Of a stretch of DNA of 64,000 nt, positions 25,592-40,786 are shown piece by piece (the stretch's first letter is position 1; each line of letters opens with the position of its first letter). Position numbers and translations under genes: made by a program. The notes beneath the pieces are model-generated. The model was not told where the DNA came from. It saw nothing but the letters and a program-made list of their open reading frames with translations, and did no database searches. This stretch comes from Balamuthia mandrillaris (taxonomy: Eukaryota). The stretch covers positions 1 to 64,000 of the forward strand of contig JAVKOQ020000109.1 in the NCBI GenBank assembly GCA_031835245.2, in the 5' to 3' direction.

Positions 25592-26728
25592 TTATTGTTC
25601 AGCTGCTGGAATGATTTCATAAAGAAAAGTGGTGCCGTACTCCTTCATAACCTCGTTGATGATGACCTCTCTGTCTCGTATAAGGACTTTCTTTCCCCGT
25701 TGGCGAACCAGTCTGGCCACCTCCAACTTTTGAGATTCTTCTATGATTGGAACTGGACACTGAGGCTTGTAGGCTACGTCCTCAAACACATACTTTTATA
25801 TAAAGTTAAAAAAAACAAACATTGTTAGCATTGGAACCCAAACAATTCACAGATAGAGAGAGATGCAAAGGGCAAGGTACCAAGTCTCGGTCCTCTTCAA
25901 GGAGGTCTTCTGCCATAAGCTCGGCATGTAGTTTGTTAGCAGCATCCGTGGCGGTGGCAAGAATGGGGGCCACGCCAATGCTCTCGGCATAGTTTCCCAA
26001 TGCTCTATTGTCACGAGGGAAGCATGGACCACCGAATCCATAGCCGGGCATCATGCACTTGCTGCCGATTCTGGAGTCCTTTCCAACCAAGCTCAATATG
26101 TCGTTCTTGTTTGCCCCCTCCGTCCTGTCAGCGATGTCGCCTATAGCATTACTTTTATTGTTTATCTTCAGTTGTTGTAGCAGGAAGGATGAGAGCGAAA
26201 TTGAGGAGGAAAAGGGAGAGAGAGAGAGAGAGAGAAAGGGAGATAAAATACGCAAAGGCTATCTTCATCGTGATGAAACAGTTGGTAGCCAACTTTGCTA
26301 TCTCAGCACTTTCAGGGGACATGCGGCCGATGGCAGGCCCTCCCGATGAAGTGCGTTCACAAACTCTCTTGTAAATGCCTTCCAATAAGTCTCCTGCTTC
26401 TTTGCTTTCTGCTCCGATCAGTACCTGCCAACCAAATGACCAAAACATACCAAAAGGGCATGATAGTGAGAACGATAGCGCTGAAGCAGAAAAGAGCATG
26501 CAAACCATATCAGGGTGGAGTAAACCAGCTACGATGTTGCCTTGCGCCACAAACTCCGGATTGTAGTTCAGCGTAGTGTGCTTGCAATCCTTCAACAGAA
26601 AACGTCCTGTCGTGGCGATGTATCCGGGCAGCACCGTGCAGCCAATAACCTTTTGGTTGCATGCAAGCGCCGTTTTCTTTCAGATGGAGAAGAGAATGGT
26701 AGAGAGAGCGAGCGAGAGAGAGAGAGAG

Positions 26729-26774
<46 letters not shown>

Positions 26775-27325
26775 CGAGAGGCATGAGTGACTAACCACAT
26801 GTTTGTTCTTCAGCCTAAGCTTATTCTATTGATATAAGTGAGCGTGGGTACCTGACAATAGCAAGAGAGTTTTATTAAGAAGGACAGAGTTACTTACTAA
26901 AGCCATCAACACGCTGCCGAGGTTCCTATGGTCATAGCTTTTTTTCCCGACGCCAGTGGGTGTGTCCACCATCACGAACAGAAGGTCAGCAAAGGCGGCT
27001 CCCTCCTCTAAAGAGGTGGTGGCTCGAAAGTTGGTACTTTGACGAAGCAACTCGCTGACTCCAGGCTCATGGGAACAAAAGGTCTTGGCGTTGAGCTGGT
27101 CCACATAACTTTGCTGCACGTCTACCGCTAGAATGTGTAGTCCTTTGCTCTCCCACACCAACGCTGTTGCCAGTCCAAGCCGTCCTACGCCTGTGCGATG
27201 AAGTGAAGCATAAGTCTCAGAATGAAGCGCTTCACCTCCGCACAGTACAAGTTCCGCTTACCTATGAACGTCACACGGTCCCCTTTGGCTTTCTTCACTT
27301 CGTGAGGCGTGGTTTCTGCCTGCAT
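25592..27325 (-). CDS. UDP-glucose/GDP-mannose dehydrogenase family protein
   Basis: Rossmann motif VTFIGVGRLG, FVMVDTP, YNPEFVAQG, AEIAKLATNCFITMKI, catalytic GFGGPCFPRD, VAYKP. Confidence 0.93.
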
Positions 27326-27462
27326 GGCTGTAACAAGTGGCGCGAAGAGACGCGTTTGCTTCTTCCTTTTTTTGTTGTTTCACCAAATATGTGAATGATT
27401 ATTATTATCGAAACCTATAATATTCCAAACAGTTTACCACCGGTTAGCTCAAAAAGAAACGT

Positions 27463-28800
27463 TTACCACCGTATTGCTCGATATCGGTCGTCCGTCCATG
27501 CAACAAGCTTGACGAACAAGAAGTGGAAGGAGCTCTTGCTGGCCACTCGCGGTGGATAGCGAACGCAAAGCCAGTCCCAAAAGTCCCCCACCAGATTCAA
27601 CAACAGAGGAACCAAAACGCAGTGAAGCAACAGGACAACAATCACCATGTACAAGTTCAAAGCAGCGTAACGACCTCCAGAGGAGAGGTTCACCGGAGGA
27701 AACCAGTAGGAGCTGTCGGTGTAGCCTAAAGAGAGGACGGTGACGGCCAGTCGGCCTTGCCAGGCAAGAACGCAGCCATAGTAGTAGCTGGCTAGCATGA
27801 CTGGTACGTATAACGTTGCCCCTTTATATCTTGGTTAGCACAGAAAAATGGAGAATGAGAGAGAGAGAGAGAGAGAGCAGAAAACACACCACGGAAAAAG
27901 TCTAAGCGCCACCCATCACACACACAATAGAAGCCATGGTGCCAAAGCGCAATGCTCAACATCATTGCCACAGTATCGATTTGATGGCCTACAAAGACAA
28001 GAGGAAGATGGACGGGCCGCTCATCTTGCTGCGAAATGGTTACATAATGGTTGCTGTTGGTGCAGTGGGCAACCAGCACCAAGGCCACACGGCCCCAAAT
28101 CAGAAGGGCCAGCAAAAAGGAGGTATGCATTAAAACCTCAGCCACGTGACCTGGTTTGTGAGGGAATAAAACCGTGAGATACAAGGAAACGTGTTTCGCA
28201 ATGTGATAAAAGAGAGGGACATATAGAGAAGTGAACAAGAAGAGCGAAAAGGAAGGAGAGTGCAAGAACAGGAGAAGAGAAGCAGAGAAGAGAGAACGCT
28301 AAAACAAGGTCACAGCGGAAGCGAAAAGAGAAGAGAACGAAAAAAAAAGAGAGGAGGCAATGAATAGCAAACCAACAAGGTGATAAGGTTTAGAGGTGTG
28401 CCAAATGTCGTTGACGTGCGTCTTCAGCAAAGCCCAAAAGGTTCCTCTCCAGACCCAATCCACCAAACATTGAAAGAACAATGCTACAATCCCCGCTATC
28501 CTAGTTATGTTTGAGTTATACTCGTCAAAAAAGAAGAAAGGAACAACAAAAGAAAGAAGAAAGGGATGAAGAGACAAGAAAAGTAAAAGTGCTAACATGA
28601 AAGGAGGGAGGCGCTCGCTCAGGCCAAATGGAAGCGATGGTCGCTGTTGATAACTGAACTGACATATTGGACAGGAGGTGGGCACAACGTTCCTGAGGCA
28701 CGCAGGATGAACCCACCGGAGCAACGGAGTATCGCAGTCGCATGGAGCGACCAACTGCGACGCGTTTTTCTCCTCTCGTCCACATATTCTACAACTATAA
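27463..28800 (-). CDS. RING-CH (RINGv/MARCH-like) membrane E3 ligase, copy 1
   Basis: CRIC...LVAPCDC...WVHPACL...CPIC followed by several hydrophobic TM exons. Confidence 0.8.
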
Positions 28801-28945
28801 ACTTACCACCAACGCGTTTGAGTGTGATGGATGATTAACGAAAGAGGAACAACAGTGAAGTAAGACCAACCCATTATGTTATACAGCACTTACCGGAATA
28901 ACCACTTTCTTCTCTCCTCTCGTTCTAATAATTATTGTTCTTTCT

Positions 28946-29224
28946 TTATTTCATTTCGAGTGCTTGCGTGAATGTGTCATGCATCCAAGCCACCAGTTTG
29001 GCGAACAAAAAGCACACCAACCCCAAGTGGAGGCAAAACACCAGTAGAGGAGGACCTGTCATCATGAGAAGAGGCGGAAGAGAAGAGTAAGGCAGCAAGA
29101 AGACAACAAAGAGAAGAGAAGAAAGTGAAACAAGAGAAGAGATGAGATGAGAATGGAGAATGAGAATGTAAAGAGAATGATGAGAAGAATACTGAAGATA
29201 ACCAAGGGAGAAGAGAACATGTTG

Positions 29225-29265
<41 letters not shown>

Positions 29266-29445
29266 GAAAGCATATGTTATGCTGTTGCTGCACCTCTAAG
29301 TTGCGTGTTGGGCTTAGTCCCAAAGGTTCCTCTCAAGAGCGAACTCCCCAAGAACCTAAAGAACAACACCACAACGCCCACTATCCTATTGTTGGTTTTG
29401 GAGTAAGGGAGCAGGGAGAATGAGAGGACATGGAGGCCAGAAGTG

Positions 29446-29488
<43 letters not shown>

Positions 29489-29710
29489 CAAGGATGAAAA
29501 ACACACATGAAAAGAGGGAACCGGTCGCTGAGCCCAAACGGAAGTGAAGGCCGTTGTTGGTAGCTGAACTGACAAACGGGACAGGAGGTGGGCGTTACGT
29601 TCAGGAGGCACACGGGATGAGCCCACCGCAGCAGCGGAGTATCGCAGTCGCACGGCGCGATCAGCTGCGATGTATCTTTCTCTTCATGTTTGCAAATCCT
29701 ACAGCAATAA
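28946..29710 (-). CDS. RING-CH membrane E3 ligase, copy 2 (shorter)
   Basis: CRIC...LIAPCDC...WAHPVCL...CPVC. The C-terminal FAKLVAWMHD matches copy 1 FVKLVAWTDD. Confidence 0.7.
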
Positions 29711-29955
29711 ACTATTTACACACAAATCATAATCAGATCAAGTCAATCGTTTGTGCTAAGTTGCTTGGATTGCTCTTGCGAGACCGACCCGCAAGAGAAC
29801 AAGAAAGAGAGAGTACCTTACCCATTTTTTCTCCTCTCTCAACAACGAAACACAAGAACTCTTGTTAACATCGGATGTGTTGTGTGTTGTGTATAAATCC
29901 AAATCACTTTTTTTTTTTGTTTTTCAGGTAAAAAAATATAGGTTTACCTAAGTGT

Positions 29956-30283
29956 TTAAGAAGAAGTCGCTTTCTTCTCTCTCAAAAGCTTTTCTCTCAA
30001 CGTTTGCAGTCTCTTCAGCTCGGCTTCTACTTCCTCCAAAGAAGCAAGCGAGGACTTGGAGCCTCCCTCGGCTTTCTCGGTCTCTTGGGTTTCCGCAGCG
30101 GAGGTTGGAATGGAAAGAGACTTGATGCGCTCCATCTGCAACGTCCTTTGCTTCAACGAGTTGACGTACCTGCTGGCGAATACCTCGATGTAAAAGTTGG
30201 CTCCTGTGGTTATGTTTGTTAGGAAAGAGGAAGGAAGAAGAAAGGGCAGCAAAAGCACGAGAAGAAAGAGAAGCATGAAGCAT

Positions 30284-30328
<45 letters not shown>

Positions 30329-31792
30329 AAATGAAGCAAGAAGAGAACAAGAAGAAAAGAAGGGCAAAAGAGAAAGGAAGAAGATAGAGACAGGGAGAAG
30401 AACCATTCCAAACGGAAGCAAGGAACATGGAGAAGATGAACAGGGTGTGCACCCAGAAGGAGTGGAAGTAGATCAAACAGGGCGATATGGTGAGCACCGT
30501 GTAGACCAGCTGGTAGGCCATGAACGCGAAGACCTGGTAACGCCTGTTCACTTTACGGAGCAGGCTGCCCATCATGCCTTTGCCTTGCTGTGACGGCCAC
30601 CCAAACATGCAAAGGAAAAAGAACGTTTCATAGCGATGTTTGTTAGGAAAGGAAGCACTGAACGAAAGAAAGAAAGAGGAGCTGTCTTAACATACGCTGA
30701 GATACTTGAAGCTGGTCTCATAGTCCCTTTCCTGCACCTTAGCATAGGAAAATATTTCCACTTTGAGGTAGTAGAGCGTCTGCCAGAGGATGTAAGGCAG
30801 CAGCGGCAGCAAGGTCATGCTCACAAAGGTAGGGCTGCTGTTCCGCATCGTGTTGTAGTGGGTGAGGCTGTAGTCGTCGTTGGCCAGCCAGCGCATGCTG
30901 TAGAGCATGAGGCCGGGGGTGAAGTGGATGAAGAGGCTGGTCGTGCGGGAGAGCGAGTGGAGCACCAGGGAGTTGCGCCAGGCCACTATAGCCCATGCCA
31001 ATGGTCCTGTTTGTGTTGTTGGTTTTTTTTAAGAAGAAGAAGAAGAAGAAGCATAAGAAGAAGTAGATAACGAGAGAGAAAGAGAGAGGGAAAGAGAAAG
31101 AGAACAGGAAGCGAAAGAGAAGCGAAGCGAAGCGATAGAGAAGGAAGAAGTAAAGAAGAGAAGAAAAGAAAAGAAAAAAGAAGAACGCAGCAGGTACCAA
31201 AGGAAAAGGCAAAGCATATCTGGAAGAGCACTTCGCTCTGCGGGAAGACCAGGACCCAGAGCAGCACCAACAGGTTGGCAAAGTAACAAAAGTCAAAGAG
31301 GTAGTAATGCATCTTCTCCTTGCGGAAGAGCCAGGTTCGGAGGCTCAGCAGGATGATACTCTTCACCACAAAGACAAAGGGCATCCACTCGGGGAAGCGG
31401 GCCACCAGGAAGGAGCTGAGCGCCACGTTGGTCAGGCCGATGATGAACGAGATCTTGTCCCTCAATTTGATGAATGGGGCCGTCTTCATGTCCTCTCTCA
31501 GGTTCTTGATCTTGCGGGAGACGATGCTCTCCAGCTCTCGCTTCCTTTGGGCCACCTTGCTGGAGGGGACCTGGCCGGAGGCCTTGGCCGACAGCAGCAT
31601 GTCGATGGACAGGTCCAAAATGTCATCCTCGGCCTCTTGCACGGTGTTGAGGTTGGGCTGGCGGTGCTGCGGGTGCTTGTGGGAGGAGCCGCTGCCCATG
31701 AGGGCGCGGACCTCCGCCTGGGCGTACTCTTCGGCCCTTCTCTCCTTCTCCTTGTTGGCCTCAGCGGTGGTACCTTTATGTTGTTGTTTCAT
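29956..31792 (-). CDS. GPC1: Glycerophosphocholine acyltransferase (GPC1/DUF2838 family)
   Basis: RDKISFIIG, HYYLFDFCYFAN, AWAIVAWRNSLVLHS, TSLFIH, YETSFKYL and WNGANFYIEVF. Confidence 0.9.
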
Positions 31793-32040
31793 CTTTTCTT
31801 TTCTTCGGCGTTTTACTTTGGTTGAAATTTCAGGAACGGTTTTTATATAGCGTTTGATTTACGATTGGATTACATGGTTATGATCAAATCAACTTATCCA
31901 ATAAAAAATCATATATACGAATTGTTATAAGATTTTTAATTGGATTAAAATTGGACATTCTTGAAATTTTTGACATTCCTGGAGGAATTAATTACATTAT
32001 CATAAAATACAGAAAAAAAGAAAAACAGCGATAGAAGAGA

Positions 32041-34182
32041 ATGTTGTCGGTGGGCGAGTTACCGAGGATCCTTGAGATCCTCCAAGAGAAACGGGAACGT
32101 TACTACACGTTGAACCGGGGGGATAACGTAGCTTTGCAGCTATACGCCAAACAATCCTTCGTCCCAGAACCGCTTGAATTTGGTCCTTACGAGGAGGTCT
32201 GCACGCTTTTCTCTATTTTGTTTTTTTTTTTTGTTGTTATTTCAACAGAACCTTTCTTCCCTTTCTCTCTGTTTTTGTCTGTGTTTTCTGCTATCTCTCT
32301 TTTCTTTTCTTTTTTCTTGTTGTTATTTATTTTATTTTTCAATGCTTTAAAAGCTGCCGAAAGACGATGATACGCCAAGAAGGAGGAAGACCGTTCCCTC
32401 ACAAACACCTAATGAAGACTCTGAGTCTGGCAAAACCGTATGTTCTTTCTTGTCGTTTCTTTCATTCATTCTTCATTCCAACTCACCTTTCCTGAGCAAC
32501 AACAACTTGCAGGTTATCATTGTTCATCCGATGGCAAGAAGAAAAGGAACTTCTCCCGCTTCACCTCAACCTCGCCCCAATAACAACCAACAACAGCAGC
32601 AACAACAACAACAAACACTACCACTCGATAAACAAAAAGAAAAAGACACACCCTCTCTCCCTTCTTCGTCTCAACAACCACAACAACCTTTTGTCTTTGC
32701 CAAAGAAAAACTTCCTTCTCCCTCCAACAAGAAACCAAGCCCTTCTTCTGCCGCTCAAACTTCGGCGCTGACTCAGTTGATGGGTCCTCGCTTTGAGAAT
32801 CGCAACAGCTTGGGCTTGGGCTTTCGAAACTCGATTGGGAAGACCACCGAGATCACCGTGTTCTTCGGGGGCAAGGCCTATCGCGTCTCCATCAGCGACT
32901 CGTTCACCGGCCATCAGCTGTTGGATATGATGAGGCAGCAGCAACCATCTCTGACGGAGGAGGAAGACAAGCTGCCGCATTTGCCACCGCAGAACGAACC
33001 CTATGTCATTAAGATGGCCGAACCGGATGGCAGCGTTGACGACGATGATTTAGGTTTGTTTTTTGCTCTCTTTCTATGTCTTTTTTTTTCTATTTCCTCT
33101 CTTATCGTTCTTCTTTCTTTCTTTCTTCTTTCTTGTCGTTTCTTTTCTTTTCTTTTCGTTCTTTTATCTTCTTTACTTAATGGGTTATTTCACAGCGTTG
33201 AACTTGCAGCAGCCCATTCGTAACTTTGGCAGACATTTCTGCATCATGTCTGCCAACAGCTCCACCTCAGGTACTTGTTTCTTCTTGTTCTTCTTCTTGT
33301 TCTTCTCTTCTTCTTGTTCTTCTTCTTCTTCTTCTTCTTCTTCTTCTTCTTCTTCTTCTTCTTCTTCTTCTTCTTCTTCTTCTTCTTTCTTCCTCCTCTA
33401 AACACTGCGAAAAAACAGATGGAAAAGGAGACACGAAAGAGCTCTTCAAAGTACGTCTTGGCGGCTCCGAGTATCGCATCCTCAAATACGATCCAGAGCT
33501 GACCGTGCGGGAGCTGCTGAAGCGCATCACCGCTCGCCGGGGGCTGATGACCTCTGAGTTCTTCCTTCGCATCGTCGGAGAGAACCAACCGCTGGAACTG
33601 GATGAGAAGCTCTCCATAATCTCTGATCCCAAGAAGCAGGAGCTGGAGCTGGTGGAGAAGAAGAGGGAGGAGCCGACTGCCACCATCAACAAGTTCAACT
33701 GGACGGAGGCCCTCCGCTTCAAGCAGTACAGGGTGAGAAGAAAGGGCTTCGGCAACAAGCAGGACCGGTGGATTGGCATCGATGCCAAGGAGATCACCGT
33801 CAGCTATTCGAAGGGCAAGAACAAGGAAATGGTGAAGAAGTCCTACCCTTTCTCTGACGTGAAAAAGGTTCGTGTTTTGTTTCTTCCTCAGACCCTCTCT
33901 CTCTCTCTCATTTGCATGTAAACTCTCCTCTCACCTCCCGTAGATAAACCTGGAGTCAAAGGCGATGACCTTTGTGCTACAATTCGAAGGTGACCAGAAG
34001 GCTGAGACGTACGAAGCCGGCACCCAACAAGACGCCGGTACATTTTTCTGTCCCTTCTTCTTGTGCATCATCTCCCACTTGTTCTCACCGCCATTGTACT
34101 CCGTTCCCCCTCTGCGCAAACAGACGAGATAGTGAACAAGCTGCAGTTTTGTCTCAGCAAAGACTTGAACACTTCCTCCTGA
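32041..34182 (+). CDS. SIN1: TORC2 subunit SIN1/Avo1/RIP3-like (CRIM, RBD, PH)
   Basis: CRIM-like YVIKMAEPDGSVDDD...ALNLQQPIRNFG, RBD-like TVRELLKRITARRGL, and PH-like KQYRVRRK...RWIGIDAKEI. Confidence 0.78.
33300..33390 (+). repeat. (TTC)n intronic microsatellite
   Basis: Long perfect TTC run. Confidence 0.95.
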
Positions 34183-34287
34183 ACGGCAACACCCCTTCAC
34201 GCAACAAGGCAGTGTTTAAAATAAAACAATGAATGTAAAGGTTTTAAACAGATCTATTTACTCTTCTGTAACAGATAGTGTTGTTTT

Positions 34288-35460
<1,173 letters not shown>

Positions 35461-36053
35461 TCAATAAATAGTGGAAGGGTTGGGGGAGTTGGAAAAAGCA
35501 AAAGAAAGAAACGGCCGACCAATGCGGAGCCGCGCTATCCAGACTTAGGAAAATTGTGCGTACGTCAACCAATCAAGCGGACACAGACACGTAAGCGGCG
35601 GAAAAGTTAATCGCGGTTTCTCCGTTTTAGGTCTGCAGTTAATTCATTTGAGAAGGGCACGAAAACTCCATGATTGATCTGGCAGATCGGAATCATTTTC
35701 GTCGAAAAAGGCAAATCGGCACGTGAGACATAAAGTGACGTAAGCTGTGAGAAAGGAGCACGATTGCAGGTCGATTTGAGCTCCCCTCGTTACAGCGTTA
35801 CACAGTTTGTTGGCCTCCGTCGTGAAAGAGAGATAAGAGGCGACGGGGTGGATATTGTTGGTCGGTCGACCGACAGGAAAACTTGGTTAAAACTACAACA
35901 GGGAAGGGAAAGCAAAAAAAAACTGACAGTCAGGTCCTTGTGGCCAGCAGACATAAATTTGTACTTTTATTTTGTCTTTCTTTCTTCCCTTTTATTTTAT
36001 TTCATTTCCTCAGCTGTCATCGTTAAAGCTCTCTCTTTGAGTGGGTGAGAGAG

Positions 36054-37443
36054 ATGTTTCAAGACCAACAAGAGGAAGATAACTGGTTTCCCTTTGAAGA
36101 TGAGGCAGACGGAAGGCCACGTTGGAGGCCAGTCCCACAAAGAAGGGTGCTGCTGGTAGCCTCTGCTTGGCTGCTTGGCGCGCTTTTGCTAGGGAGCCTC
36201 TTGGTCTTGGGCATTTTGTATAATGGCTCTTCGATCTTTCGTGTTGCCTCTTCAACCTCTTCTTCTTCTCCTTCTCACCCTGCAAAAGACGCCGCACCAA
36301 CCCAGACCCTCTTCAGAGCCTGGATGAAGAAACACGGCAGGGAATACGCCCACGCGGACGAGTTTCAGCAGCGCCTCAGCAAATGGGAGACCAACCTGCG
36401 ATGGATCGAGGAGACCAACAGCAGGAACCTCTCCTACAAAGTGGCCATGAACCAGTTTGGCGACCTGGACTCTCTCGAGTTCAACTCTCTCTTCAAAGGC
36501 AGAAAAGTGTATTTCAACAAGCCTCCACAGCAAAGTGACGACGGAGAAGGAGAGGAAGAGGAACAGTTGCTGACAAAACGGAGGAACTACAAAAACGAGA
36601 CGGTGCCAAGCTATTGGGACTGGAGAGAGCACAACGCGGTGGGCCCGGTGAAGAACCAAGGGGCCTGCGGCTCCTGTTGGACGTTCTCGGCGACGGGGGC
36701 CATCGAGGCCGCCCGCGTCATTCACGGAGGGGACAAGACGGTGGTGCCCCTCTCCGAGCAGAACCTGCTGGACTGCTCCCGGGCGTTCAACAACCATGGC
36801 TGCGCCGGTGGCTTGATGGACCGAGCCTTCAAGTACATCATGAGCAATGGAGGAATAGAGGCGGAGAGGCACTATCCTTATGAGGGAGAAGTTGGGCCTT
36901 GCAGGTGTGTCGTTCATCATTCTATTCTGTTCATTGCTTATTGTTTTGGGGTTTATGTTCATGTTTGTTTTGTGTCCTTGCTTTCCTGTTGTCCGTTTTC
37001 TCTTTCTTTTTCTTCTCGATGGCATTTTCGTTTCAGTTTCATGTGCTTTTCGAACTCATCTCTGGTCTCTCGCAATCAAAAATAGATACAAAGAGAGTCG
37101 CAAAGAAACGAGCATAAAGACCTATCGAACGGTGCCGCACGGGCTGGAAAGCGCCCTTCAGGTGCACGTCTGGAAGGACGGCCCTGTGAGCTGCGGCATT
37201 GACGCCTCCCACCGGAGCTTCCAGTTCTACCGCTCGGGCGTCTACCACGAGCCGGCGTGCAGCTCCATCGCCCTGGACCACGCCGTCCTGACCGTCGGCT
37301 TCGGGCGGGAGAACGGCCTGGACTACTGGCTGGTGAAGAACAGCTGGGGCACGGATTGGGGCGAGCACGGCTACATGAAGCTCGCTCGCTTCCGGAACAA
37401 CAACTGCGGGATTGCCACCGGGGCTTTCTTCCCCATCCTCTAG
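36054..37443 (+). CDS. Cathepsin L-like protease with N-terminal membrane anchor (intron ~36905-37085)
   Basis: Acidic N-terminal tail, TM helix, I29 prodomain (NQFGDL), QGACGSCWTFS, LDHAVL and WLVKNSWG. Confidence 0.95.
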
Positions 37444-38088
37444 TACTCCAGAGAAGAAACGGTTGGTCTGTCGGATGGATGGTTGGATGGATGGAGCTGA
37501 AAGAAAGATTCCTCCAAACAAAAGAAAAAATAAAAATAAATGTACTCTCGTGTCCACGCTCGTGTCTAAGCACATGTCCTGGAACGGTCCCGAAGAAAAA
37601 GCGTCCAACCAAGCGCGATAGGGAAAACGCACTGGCGTAACCTAGGCAACGCCCTCCCGCCGAATGGACACTCGGCGCCGGTTCAAAGGGGAAAACTGGA
37701 AGAAATACGCATCAAAAAAAAATAAATAAATAAATAAAACAAATAAAAACAAACAGTTAAAAAAAAACCACAACAGAAAAAAAAAAGTGAAAGAAAGAAA
37801 GAGAGGGAGTGTGTTGTGGAGAGAAAGAGAGAGAGAAAAAGAATCGCGCTCCAACGGTAAACTTTCTTTTTTTTTGGGGGGGAAGGAGTTACCGGTTTGT
37901 TCTTTTTTTTTTTGTTACGCAAACACCACAAACAACCAGTAGAGCCTCTTTCATTCTTGGTAGCTTTTATTTATTTATTTTTTTGGGGGGAGAGAGGGGG
38001 GTGGTTCTGCAGGTTTGATTGATTGATTCGAATTAAGCATTTGGTTTCAACAACAACCACAAAAAAAAAAAGAAACGCGTTAAAAAAG

Positions 38089-38946
38089 ATGGACATAAGG
38101 CAGGTTCTGCTCAACCCAAGCAACATCAACTTGCTCTCTGCAGCATGGGCCGCGCCTTCTCCTTCCGTCCCGCCTCCTCATCCTCCTGGAAGCTTGGGCC
38201 TTAGTGCTTCCTCCTCCTCTCCTTCCTCTTTCTCCGTCGCTCCGCTCCTCCCTGCTGCCATCACCACAACTTGGCCGGCAACCTCTCTTGCTCCCTTTTC
38301 GGCATCTCCTCTTCCTCCCCTCGGTGCTTCCCTCTCTCCTTCTCTTCTTCCTTCCCTTTCTCGTTCCTCTTCCTCCACCACGACCTTCGCTGCCACTACT
38401 CCTCTACCACAAGATGCCTCCAGCAGCAGGCCTCCTTCCGCCAGCAAAAGAAAACAGAGAAGCTCAAACGTGATCGTTATTTCTTCCTCAGCTTCTTCTT
38501 CTCCTTCCTCCGACTCGGAGACGCACAAACGGAAAGCAGGTCGTCAGCAACGAGCGAGCGTCGACGGCAGCAGCGACAACAAGCAACTGCACTTTCATCA
38601 CGAAAACAACGACATCCACAACAACCACCACCAGAAGAGCAAGCAGAGGCGAAAGAGGAGCAACAGCAGTTCCTCCACTCGTGACAGGCGCGATGTTGGG
38701 GGTGGTCACGAAAGGAACAAAGAGCAAAGACGGAGCGACAGTGCTGCGAGCAAAATGCAGAAGGAGCTGCGAGCGCGCATTCCGTTTCCTTTGGCCGTAC
38801 AATATGTGGAAGATAATGAACTGCCAATGAACTACAATGAGCACTATATGGTGGAGAACGGAGTGCGAGTGCCCACTCGCCGTTTGGATTCTTTTGCCTT
38901 TTATTCTCTTGAGGACGGAGAACCAACCGCTTTACATTTGCTTGGT

Positions 38947-38993
<47 letters not shown>

Positions 38994-40463
38994 CTCTTCT
39001 CTCCTCTCTCTCTCTCTCTTCTCTCTTCTCTCTTCTCTCTTCTCTCCTCTCTCCTCTCTCCTTCTCTCACTCAATTACTTGCACTAGATCGCATACCGCT
39101 GCAAGGCTTTGGCATGGCCCTGCTACCAAACGGCAAAGGTATTCTCTTCCGTTTACTTCTAGCTCTTCAATTTTCTCTGCTGTTTTCTTCATTCTTCATG
39201 GCTAATCGGTGAATGACTGTTCTCTGAATGTGGTGACGTTTAGACCCAATCAACCAACAATACCCTTCTTGTGTGGCCGTTAGATTCGAGGCAGAACAAT
39301 GGAGCATTGAATATGGCGCACCACCCGTGCTGTGGCTCAAATCTTCCAACGCATGGTACAAGCTTATCTCTCCAGCTGAAGCCTACAAGCCTTTATTTTA
39401 TACTACGCAATTACGGTTCAACCTCGCCACAACCCTTGCCAACCTTTTGAGAAAGGACCGCAATACACCCTACGAGTCCATCATCGACTATGTATGCTTC
39501 TTCTATACTTGCTTTTGTTCTGATTCTTATCTCTTGCTCATTTTATTTGGATGCCAGATATTCGTCAAGTTTGGCATAGGCGAAGATCAAGTTATAGCAC
39601 AAAAACAAGCGCTTTTAGAGATGGTCTGTGGCGTCTTCAGTGAGTTTCACAATTCAATTTTTTTCCAGACCCTGGTATTATTTTTTTTCATCTCTTTGTT
39701 TTTTTGTCTTTTTCTCCTTATGTTGTAGTTTGTTCTGCTTGTTTTTTTGTTTTTAATTATCGTATTTAGGTCAACAAAGTGAGTTCACTGCAAGTACAAG
39801 ACACTAAATCCACGACCAAGCAGCAACAGAAATCTCCGGCAAAGAAACCCGCTTCCACAAATGCTTCAAGAAAGTGGACCTTTTTGGACGAGTTTTCCTT
39901 GTCGGATGATAGCGAGCCAGAAAGAAGAGAACGAGTTCAAAAGAGACGACAAAAGCGTCAAAACAAACGACGAAAACCATCTACTAAGACCACTGAGTCC
40001 CTATTATTGAGCAGCGATGAAGAGGAAGAGAACGAACACGTTGTGTCTTCCAATCGACGCAAAAGAACCTCATCGTTGTCAAAGAACTTATCATCTTCTG
40101 CCGAACGAGGAGCGCCGCTTACGTTGTCCGTTTATTCTTCGATGGACGAAGATGAGGATTCACACAGTGAGGCAGAACATTGTAATGTTCATGAAGGCAA
40201 AGGAAAATTTGATGATGAGGAAGAAGAGGATGAGGAGGAAGATGATGAAGAAGAGGAGGAAGAAGATGACGAGGAAGATGAAGATGAAGAAGAGGAAGAG
40301 GAACATGAGGAAGATGGAAATGAAGTTGAGCTGGACCCCTTTGGGCTCCCTAGATTGAATTTAGCTGCTCATCCAGGTACCAAACAAACCTGCCATTTGT
40401 GCCGTCAATTGAATTCTTCGGCTGTTCCGCAAAGGCAATGCCCTGATTGTCACAAGTACATTC

Positions 40464-40505
<42 letters not shown>

Positions 40506-40737
40506 TCCTCCTCAATGACTCTCTCTCTCTCTCTCGTTTTCCAAAATCAAAATCTGACCTTTTACGGTCTTTGGTCTTTTGCTTTCTTAAAGGCGGTGGT
40601 GCAAAGCGTGCTTGCAAACGAAAGTTCCAGATTCTTATAACTGGGAGACCTTGGAAAGAGATATTTTATGGAGATGCCCTTTTTGCATGGGCGTTTGTCC
40701 TTGTTCTGTATGTACAAAGAAGGTAAAGTCTTTATTC

Positions 40738-40786
<49 letters not shown>

